DNA of 64,000 nucleotides. Origin: Myxococcales bacterium (lineage in GTDB: Bacteria; Myxococcota_A; UBA9042). The first letter of the stretch is position 1. Each line of letters opens with the position of its first letter. Position numbers and translations under genes: made by a program. The DNA lies in contig JBBISH010000001.1 of assembly GCA_037441385.1 (NCBI GenBank), positions 96,001 through 160,000 on the forward strand, read 5' to 3'. Of this stretch, positions 57,366-64,000 are shown piece after piece. Under the pieces are notes generated by a model. The model saw only the letters and a program-made list of their open reading frames with translations, did not search any database and was not told where the DNA came from.

Positions 57366-58724
57366 CTACTTGAAGAAGCGGCCGGGGTCGATCGCGATGT
57401 CCAGATACACGCCGGCGTTGCGATTGAAATACGGCGTCTGGTAGGTCGAGTTCGGCGCGAGCTGCGAGTTGAACGTCTCCAGACCCGTCGCCACCGCAAA
57501 CCCGTCGACCAACTCGTACTCCAAGTTGATGTTCCAGTACATCAGGGCGCGGAAGCTCACATTGTCGGCGCGCGGGTTGACGGTGGTACCGTCGGTCAGC
57601 GTGGTGCCATGCAGCGCATACAGCCAGTCGGCGAACTCGCCACCCAGGACCGTGACAGAAAACTTCTTGGTGGCCTGCCAGCTGACGGTGCCGATGTTCA
57701 GCCAGCGGTACTCGGTGTTGCGGACGCCCGTGTTGACGAACGGGTCGCAGGCGGCGCCCACGGTACAGCCGCTCAGCCAGGGCTTTTCCAGCTCGCCGGT
57801 GGTGTACTTGTTCCAATACCGCGTGGCGCGAGAGATCCAGGCTACGCGAAACGGTCCCTTGGACCAAGCCGTGGACATGCCCAGGCCCGTGCCAGCGTAC
57901 ATCGTGCGCATGCGCGAGCCCTTGCTGGTGGGCACGGCCAGCTGAGCGTCAAAGTTGATGCCCAACCCCAACGATTCGAACTTGAAGGCGCGATAGCCCA
58001 CGGTGAGCAGCGTGTCCGAGAACGTCGTCTCGTTGGCGTAGGTGTTGCTGTCGGCCTCGGTGATCTCGCGGAAGACGAACAAGCTGCCGGCAAGATAGAA
58101 CTTCTTGCCCAGGTTGACGCGCGGCGCCAGGATCAGGGCCTGGGCGTAGTACGGATTCCAGGTGGGATCGACCGACTTGCTGAACGTGTAGGCCGAGGCG
58201 ACGTTGCGGTAGATCAGCGAGGTGCCCTCGAACAGGCTGGGCCCCTTGGTGGCCTCGCTGCTGGCGGCCACAGCCGCGTCGTCGGCCGCTTTCTTTTCAT
58301 CTGCGGCCTTCTTGGCAGCCTGGGCCGCCTTGGTTTCCTCGACTAGACGGGCAGCTTCGGCTTCGGCTTCAGCAGCCTTCTTGGCCGCCTCGGCCCTTTC
58401 GGCCTCTAGGCGCGCGGCTTCGGCAGCGGCGGCCGTGGCGTCGGCAGGAGCCGCGACCGGCGCAGGTTGAACCGGCGCGGGCTGGGCTGGCACCGGCGCG
58501 GGCTCGGCGGGCGCAGCAGGTACGGCAGGGGCCGGCGCAGGTTCGGCAGGCGCGGCCGGGGCCGGCGCGGGCTCATCTGCCCGAGCAACGGCGATCGTGC
58601 TGGGTGCCGTCGACGCCAGCACCGTGCTGATCAAGACAGCCAAGGTCAGGTTGGGCAGCTTCGCGTGCGGCAGTGTTGCGTTGGGCTGGGCCGCGCTGGG
58701 CAGGGTCAGGTTCGAAATGCGCAT
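57366..58724 (-). CDS. probable outer-membrane beta-barrel protein with Pro/Ala-rich and coiled N-terminal extension
   Basis: Signal peptide ending ARA, PAPAP linker, alternating aromatic beta-strands; start uncertain. Confidence 0.6.
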   Translation of the reverse strand: MRISNLTLPSAAQPNATLPHAKLPNLTLAVLISTVLASTAPSTIAVARADEPAPAPAAPAEPAPAPAVPAAPAEPAPVPAQPAPVQPAPVAAPADATAAAAEAARLEAERAEAAKKAAEAEAEAARLVEETKAAQAAKKAADEKKAADDAAVAASSEATKGPSLFEGTSLIYRNVASAYTFSKSVDPTWNPYYAQALILAPRVNLGKKFYLAGSLFVFREITEADSNTYANETTFSDTLLTVGYRAFKFESLGLGINFDAQLAVPTSKGSRMRTMYAGTGLGMSTAWSKGPFRVAWISRATRYWNKYTTGELEKPWLSGCTVGAACDPFVNTGVRNTEYRWLNIGTVSWQATKKFSVTVLGGEFADWLYALHGTTLTDGTTVNPRADNVSFRALMYWNINLEYELVDGFAVATGLETFNSQLAPNSTYQTPYFNRNAGVYLDIAIDPGRFFK

Positions 58725-58908
58725 GGACTTCCAGGATTTCATCTTGGCTCGGCTGGGCGAGTGGCCGCCAGAACGGCGGCAAGCCAGACAGGATAGCGCA
58801 GGCAACCCGCGCTGGGAAGCGGAAAATGCGCAGTGTGCGCGCTGCTTGGGGCATTTCGCGATTGCGGCCAGCCCGCGGCTTGGGGCACGATGGCACAGCG
58901 GAGGCAGC

Positions 58909-59355
58909 ATGTTGGCAGCTACGGCCGAGATCGATGTGGAGTGCTCGCCCCAGGTGGCCGCAGACGTGCTGTGGGACGTGGGCGCGTATCCCGATTTCTT
59001 GAGTGATGTACTTGAGGTCGAGGTTCAGGACCAGCCCGAGGGACGCGACGCTGTGTTTCACGTGCGCGTGTTTCGTGCCCGGCAATTTCGAGTGGGGCTA
59101 GTGCGGGACCAAGGCTACGGGCTGCGCTGGCACTTGATCGCCGGCGAGTACTTGCGCGACCTGCAGGGGTCGTGGACGGTGGTCGAGCTTGCGCCAGGGC
59201 TGACACGACTGACCTATGCGCTGCACGTCGACCTGGACTTTGCCATCCCCGACGCGATCGCCCGCCGCTTTACCGAATTTGGCCTGCCCACCGTCATGCG
59301 GCAGTTCAAGGCCCGCATGGAGACGATGGCAGCGCTGGAAGACCTGACGCGCTAG
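58909..59355 (+). CDS. SRPBCC/polyketide-cyclase-like (START) protein
   Basis: DVGAYPDFL, LQGSW, TRLTY; GGAGG RBS. Confidence 0.85.
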   Translation: MLAATAEIDVECSPQVAADVLWDVGAYPDFLSDVLEVEVQDQPEGRDAVFHVRVFRARQFRVGLVRDQGYGLRWHLIAGEYLRDLQGSWTVVELAPGLTRLTYALHVDLDFAIPDAIARRFTEFGLPTVMRQFKARMETMAALEDLTR

Positions 59356-59760
59356 AGACGCGACCAATTACGGCTCATTCGTTCGGTAGTTGCCCCTACT
59401 GGCCGCGTCTCCAGCTCCAAGCGGGGCGCAAGCGAACGCCTGCGGCGACTCGCCGCGCCGATTTCGACGGCTGGGACGCACGGAGAAAGTCCAAATAGCA
59501 TGTTTCCGATCAGGTAGTTGCGCTCAGCCTCACGCTGACACCGCAGCGGGGCAAGCAATTGGAACAGGATTTTGGACTTGCTCGCGGCAACGGCGTCTAC
59601 ACCGGCCGCCGTGTGCCACCGCTTTGCCACAAGTACCCAAAAACAGGCCATCCAGCGGTTGGCAGCGGGGAACCAGCGTTGTACGACCACCGAGCATGAC
59701 CTAAACTGCCCACCCAGGGCGGCCACCCTTGCGGGTTGGGCCGATGGACGGGGGAGAGCC

Positions 59761-60495
59761 ATGACCACGGACGACAAGGCGATTCATTCCAGCCGCGCCG
59801 TCACCTGCTTTGCCTGTGGCGGCCGCGAGCGCTCGGAGTGGTGCGACCTGGACGGCCCGGACCTGCGCCTGCTCAACCAGGTCAAGGTCTGCAACCAGTA
59901 CTTGCCCGGCCAGACGATCTTCTATCAGGGCAATCCCTGCTTGGGTCTGTACTGCATCGAAAGTGGAACCGTGGCGATTCGCAAGACCGATGCCAGCGGC
60001 AACTCGGTGATCGTGCGCCTGGCTCACGCTGGCGACACCTTGGGCTACCGCTCGTTCTTTGCGGGCGAGCCCTACCGCGGTTCCGCCGACGCGCTGGTGC
60101 CGACGCGGGTCTGCTTTGTCGATCGGGCCGCGCTGCGGCAGCTGTTGGAGCGCAATCCCGTCGTGGGCTACTCGTTCTTGAAGCACATGGCGCGCGACCT
60201 GGAAGAGGCGGAAGAGGCCAAGCTGCATGCGGCCGCCCTGCCCGTGCGGGCCCGGTTGGCGCATTTGCTGCTCGTGCTGAAAGAGCGATTTGGCCACGCG
60301 GCGCCTGACGGCACCCTGCACATCGAATTGCCGTTGTCGCGCCAGGACATGGCCGCTATGGTCGGCACCCGGCCCGAGACGATTGCCCGGGCAGTTCGCG
60401 GCTTTGAAGAAGACCACGTCGCCCATTTCCAGGGCCGCGCGGTGGTTGTGCCCGACCTGGATCGCCTGCTGGACGAGCTGGAAAGTCCTGCGTAG
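59761..60495 (+). CDS. Crp/Fnr-family regulator with FNR-type Cys ligands
   Basis: CFAC-x8-C N-terminus, RVCFV central Cys, LSRQDMAAMVGTRPETIAR HTH. Confidence 0.88.
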   Translation: MTTDDKAIHSSRAVTCFACGGRERSEWCDLDGPDLRLLNQVKVCNQYLPGQTIFYQGNPCLGLYCIESGTVAIRKTDASGNSVIVRLAHAGDTLGYRSFFAGEPYRGSADALVPTRVCFVDRAALRQLLERNPVVGYSFLKHMARDLEEAEEAKLHAAALPVRARLAHLLLVLKERFGHAAPDGTLHIELPLSRQDMAAMVGTRPETIARAVRGFEEDHVAHFQGRAVVVPDLDRLLDELESPA

Positions 60496-60496
60496 T

Positions 60497-60685
60497 CTAC
60501 TGTTTTTCAGCCGGCTCGTTGGTCTCGTCCCGCTTGGGCGGCTGTGGGTCGTCGTCGTGCAACATGCGCATGCCGGGGGTCGACAAGTCGTCGAACTGGC
60601 CACGCCGGACCGCCCACAGAAAAGTCGCGACCGCACCGGCTGACATCAACAGTGCAATCGGAATCACCACATACAAGACGGACAT
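60497..60685 (-). CDS. ccoS: cbb3-type oxidase maturation protein CcoS
   Basis: MSVLYVVIPIAL...FLWAVRRGQFDDL..P..RML.DD. Confidence 0.9.
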   Translation of the reverse strand: MSVLYVVIPIALLMSAGAVATFLWAVRRGQFDDLSTPGMRMLHDDDPQPPKRDETNEPAEKQ

Positions 60686-63153
60686 CAGCGACTCCGCGGC
60701 TTGGTGGGCTCCGCAGGCAACGCGAACGTGCGGCTGCGGAACGAACTCGACACGACCGTGAGCGAGCTCAACGGCATCAGGATGGCGGCTACCAGCGGAT
60801 GCAGCAAGCCCGTCATGGCCAGGGCCGTGCCAACCAAGTTGTAAACCAGCGAAAATAGGATATTTCGCTTGATGACGGCCACCGTGCGCCGCGCACCCAG
60901 TAGCAGCTCGACCACCGCACCCAGGCCGGGCCGGGTCACAAAAGCGTCGCAGGCCTGCAGGCTTGCCTCGGCTCCCCCGTGCACGCTGATGCCGACCGTA
61001 GCTGCGGCCAAGGCAGCGGCGTCGTTGACCCCGTCGCCCACCATGACCACGCCGCCGCGGTCCTTGCAGGCCTGCACGGCGGCCAGCTTGTCCTCGGGCG
61101 TGGCCGCACCGCGACAATCGCCAGGAAGAATCCCAAGTTGCCGGCCCACGGCGGCCACGACGCTGGGGTGGTCGCCCGACAGGATCCCCACTTCGCAGCC
61201 CAAGCGCCGCAGCTCGGCGATCGCCGCGGCCGCATCGGGGCGCAGCGGATCACCAAACCCCAGTGCGCCAACCACCGCGCCATCCACGGCCACGAGCACC
61301 GGCGTAATGCCATCGCTCGCCCAGGTTCCGGCCAAATCCCGATACGTGTCGCCGCCTTGCTCGGTGCCCACCCAGGCCAACGAGCCCACGCGTACGGTCC
61401 GCCCCTGCACAACCCCGCGGACACCGCCGCCCACGGTCTGCTGCACGTCCACGGCGTCGAGCTCGGCTAGGTCGGGCCAAGCCTGCACCACCGCGCGAGC
61501 TAGGGGGTGGGAACTGTGCCGCTCCACAGCCAAGAGCAGCGGACGGTACTCGTCGGCCAGCTCGGCGCGCAGCAACTCGGTGCGCCCCTGGGTCAGCGTG
61601 CCGGTCTTGTCGAACCACACGCGCGACGGCTTGCTCAGCCGCTCGACCACGTCGCCGCCCTTGACAAAGATGCCCAGACGCGCGGCCCGGCCCACAGCGG
61701 CGTGCACGGCCAGCGGCGTGGCCAGTCCCAGCGCACACGGACAGGTGACGATCAGTAGCGCAACCGTGTGGTCCAGCGCCAGACTGGGATCCAGCAGCCA
61801 CCAGACCACTGCGGTGACCGCGGCCAGCGCCAGCACGACGGCCACAAAGCGCCCCACGATGGCATCGGCCAGGGCCACGATCGGCGCGCGCCGCCGCGAG
61901 GCCTCTTCTACCGCCTGCATCAGCTTGCCGACACGGGTCAATTCGCCGGTCCGCTCCACCCGCTGCCGCAGCATGCCCGCCACATTCAGCGTGCCGGCGT
62001 GCACCAAGTCGCCCGGACCGACCTCGACCGGTCGCGACTCGCCCGTGAGCACGGACGCATCGATGGCCGACTGGCCCTCGACCACCTCGCCGTCGGCGGG
62101 AACGGTCTCGCCCGAGCGGACTTCCACGATGTCGCCGGCCGTCAGGCGCTCCAGCGCCACATCGCGCACCTGACCATCGGCCCCGACGAGGTGCGCCTGA
62201 GCCGGTGCCAGCGAAAACAGCAACTCGGCGGCATCACTGGCCTCGCGCCGCTGCCGCTGCTGCACCCACCGGCCCACCAGCAGGAGGAAGATAAGCGAGG
62301 CCACGGAGTCGAAATACACCTCGCCCTGGCCGCGCACCACGTTGATCGCACCGCCCAAGAAGCCCGCAGAAAGGCCAATCGCAATCGGCAGATCCATGTG
62401 CAGCGCCCGCCCGCGCAGGGCCGTCCAGGCGCCACTAAAAAACGGCCTCGCGGCCCACAGAATCGACGGCAGCGTGATGAACATCGACGCCCAGCGAAAC
62501 AACTGGGTCGTGTCGGCGTCCATGTCGGCGAACCAGCCGGCCCACAGCGACACGGACAAGATCATCACGTTGCCGCTGACGGCCCAAGCGGCACCCATGC
62601 GAATCAGGAGAGTCCGCTCTTCTTGCAGGCGCAGTCGCCGCCGCTCGGCCCCGCGATAGGGGTGGGGCGGGTAGCCAAAGCGGTCCAACGTGCGGGCGAT
62701 CTCGGCCAGGCTGACCACCTTGGGGTCCCACACGACCTCGGCCGACGCGCGATGCAAGTCCAGGCGCGCATGGACGACGCCAGGCACCACCTGGCTCAGT
62801 CGCTCGACGATCCACACGCAGGCCGAGCAGTGCACCCCTTCCAGGAACAGCTCGACTTGCGCGAGACCGGCTGGCAATTCACGGACATACAGCGCAGCAA
62901 AACTGGGATCGCCCAGCTCGGCATAGTTGCGGCCACTGGCCCGCGTGACCACCACCGGCCCACCGCCGGCTTGCCGCAGCTGGTAGTACCGCTCCAGGCC
63001 CGCGCCTTGAATCGCCGCGTATACGGTTTCGCAGCCGTGGCAGCAGAATTGCAGCTCGCTGCCCGCCACTAGCAAGCCCGGTGGCACCGGCAACTGGCAG
63101 TGGCTGCAGGGCACGATCGAGCAGACGCCTTCCTGCGGCGCGTCACTCGCCAT
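60685..63153 (-). CDS. ccoI: CcoI/FixI-type heavy-metal P1B-ATPase
   Basis: CSHC...FCCHGC...YY N-terminus, HCSAC, TGES, CPCALGLATP, DKTGTLT, GDGVND. Confidence 0.92.
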   Translation of the reverse strand: MASDAPQEGVCSIVPCSHCQLPVPPGLLVAGSELQFCCHGCETVYAAIQGAGLERYYQLRQAGGGPVVVTRASGRNYAELGDPSFAALYVRELPAGLAQVELFLEGVHCSACVWIVERLSQVVPGVVHARLDLHRASAEVVWDPKVVSLAEIARTLDRFGYPPHPYRGAERRRLRLQEERTLLIRMGAAWAVSGNVMILSVSLWAGWFADMDADTTQLFRWASMFITLPSILWAARPFFSGAWTALRGRALHMDLPIAIGLSAGFLGGAINVVRGQGEVYFDSVASLIFLLLVGRWVQQRQRREASDAAELLFSLAPAQAHLVGADGQVRDVALERLTAGDIVEVRSGETVPADGEVVEGQSAIDASVLTGESRPVEVGPGDLVHAGTLNVAGMLRQRVERTGELTRVGKLMQAVEEASRRRAPIVALADAIVGRFVAVVLALAAVTAVVWWLLDPSLALDHTVALLIVTCPCALGLATPLAVHAAVGRAARLGIFVKGGDVVERLSKPSRVWFDKTGTLTQGRTELLRAELADEYRPLLLAVERHSSHPLARAVVQAWPDLAELDAVDVQQTVGGGVRGVVQGRTVRVGSLAWVGTEQGGDTYRDLAGTWASDGITPVLVAVDGAVVGALGFGDPLRPDAAAAIAELRRLGCEVGILSGDHPSVVAAVGRQLGILPGDCRGAATPEDKLAAVQACKDRGGVVMVGDGVNDAAALAAATVGISVHGGAEASLQACDAFVTRPGLGAVVELLLGARRTVAVIKRNILFSLVYNLVGTALAMTGLLHPLVAAILMPLSSLTVVSSSFRSRTFALPAEPTKPRSR

Positions 63154-63958
63154 GCGCTGGGTTCTCTTCCAGTTCGGGGTGCTTGCCGTGGCAGCACGAT
63201 CCCTCTTCGCCTTTCTCGATCTTGTCCAGCTGCTCGGAGGCGCTGCGTGCGCCCATCGCGGTCGCCTTGGGCGAGCCCGGGATCTGAGGCAGCGCAGCGC
63301 GATGCGTCACGGCCAACATCCCCACCACCACCAGCGCCACCGCCGAAAGCTTGGGTAGGTGCGCCCGCAGCGGCCCGGCCAATTGCTGCACACCCACACC
63401 CAGGCCCACCAACAGGGGCACGGTGCCCAACCAGAACGCCGCCATGGCCAGCGCGCCGTAGCCCGCGTGACCGGTACCCGCGGCCGTGACCACAAAGGCA
63501 TACAGCCAACCGCACGGCAACAGGGCCGAGGCCAGGCCCAGCAAACCGGCGCGCAAGACCGGCGGCTTACCCTGAAGCTTGCGCATCACCGCACCGTAGG
63601 CCCGTAGAATCCGTTGGGGAACGGGCGCAGCTGGCAAGCGCAGCCCCAAGGCCCGCGCCAGGGCCACCGCGCCCCACAGCACCATCACCGAGCCGGCCAG
63701 AACCGCCGCGGCCGCCTGCACGCCGGCCAGGTTGCCCGCCAAGTTCAGGGCCCCGCCCAAGCCGCCCGCCAGCGCCCCCAGCAAGACGTACGTCAAGCCA
63801 CGGCCGCCGTGGTAGGCTAGATGCGGAAAACTTTTGGCGAAACCGCGAGCATCGTTGCCGGTGCCGGCGTAGAAGGCCACAAAGCCGCCGCACATGCCCG
63901 CGCAGTGGGTACTGCCGACCAGGCTGGCGACGAGGACGGTGGAGATCAGTGAAAACAT
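63143..63958 (-). CDS. DsbD_2/TauE-like membrane protein of cbb3 biogenesis clusters
   Basis: GSTHCAGMCGG, YHGGR, LLPCGWLY, AFWLGTVP, C-terminal CCH. Confidence 0.88.
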   Translation of the reverse strand: MFSLISTVLVASLVGSTHCAGMCGGFVAFYAGTGNDARGFAKSFPHLAYHGGRGLTYVLLGALAGGLGGALNLAGNLAGVQAAAAVLAGSVMVLWGAVALARALGLRLPAAPVPQRILRAYGAVMRKLQGKPPVLRAGLLGLASALLPCGWLYAFVVTAAGTGHAGYGALAMAAFWLGTVPLLVGLGVGVQQLAGPLRAHLPKLSAVALVVVGMLAVTHRAALPQIPGSPKATAMGARSASEQLDKIEKGEEGSCCHGKHPELEENPAHGE

Positions 63959-64000
63959 GGATCTTCCCTGGTAGCCGCGCTAGCGCGTCGCTTCCACGTG

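Noticed and set aside
59487..59579. attC site
   Set aside because: Ends read GTCCAAA/TTTGGAC, lacking the invariant AAC/GTT triplets

Overview
GC-rich bacterial chromosomal window. Cys-rich CDDGNPCT-repeat lipoproteins, a secreted caspase and a calpain suggest a Myxococcota/deltaproteobacterial origin (inference). About 52 genes: a FadL-type locus, phoB/phoR-like genes, an 11-gene A1-type caa3 cytochrome c oxidase region, a caspase-DUF4384 protein, groES/groEL, a 1823-aa Cys-rich surface protein, metG, mog, nfuA, glycosyltransferases, two secreted phosphatases, a cNMP-nucleoside kinase fusion, and an FNR-like regulator facing cbb3 maturation genes. No rRNA, tRNA, CRISPR array, transposase or integrase was recognised. 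Most unusual observations: (1) a ~135-bp hairpin-forming element in three copies at 55.9-57.3 kb, one copy bracketed by a target-site-duplication-like repeat; (2) an oxidase subunit IV fused to a CcoP-like cytochrome c, in an operon that also has a MauG-type di-heme enzyme lacking the usual Trp and a YtkA-like lipoprotein; (3) an extremely acidic ORF coupled to heme O synthase; (4) an RND-like protein apparently lacking transmembrane helices; (5) pervasive short tandem duplications, 13-bp in intergenic DNA and 3n-bp in ORFs. All assignments are by eye from motifs; no database searches were run.
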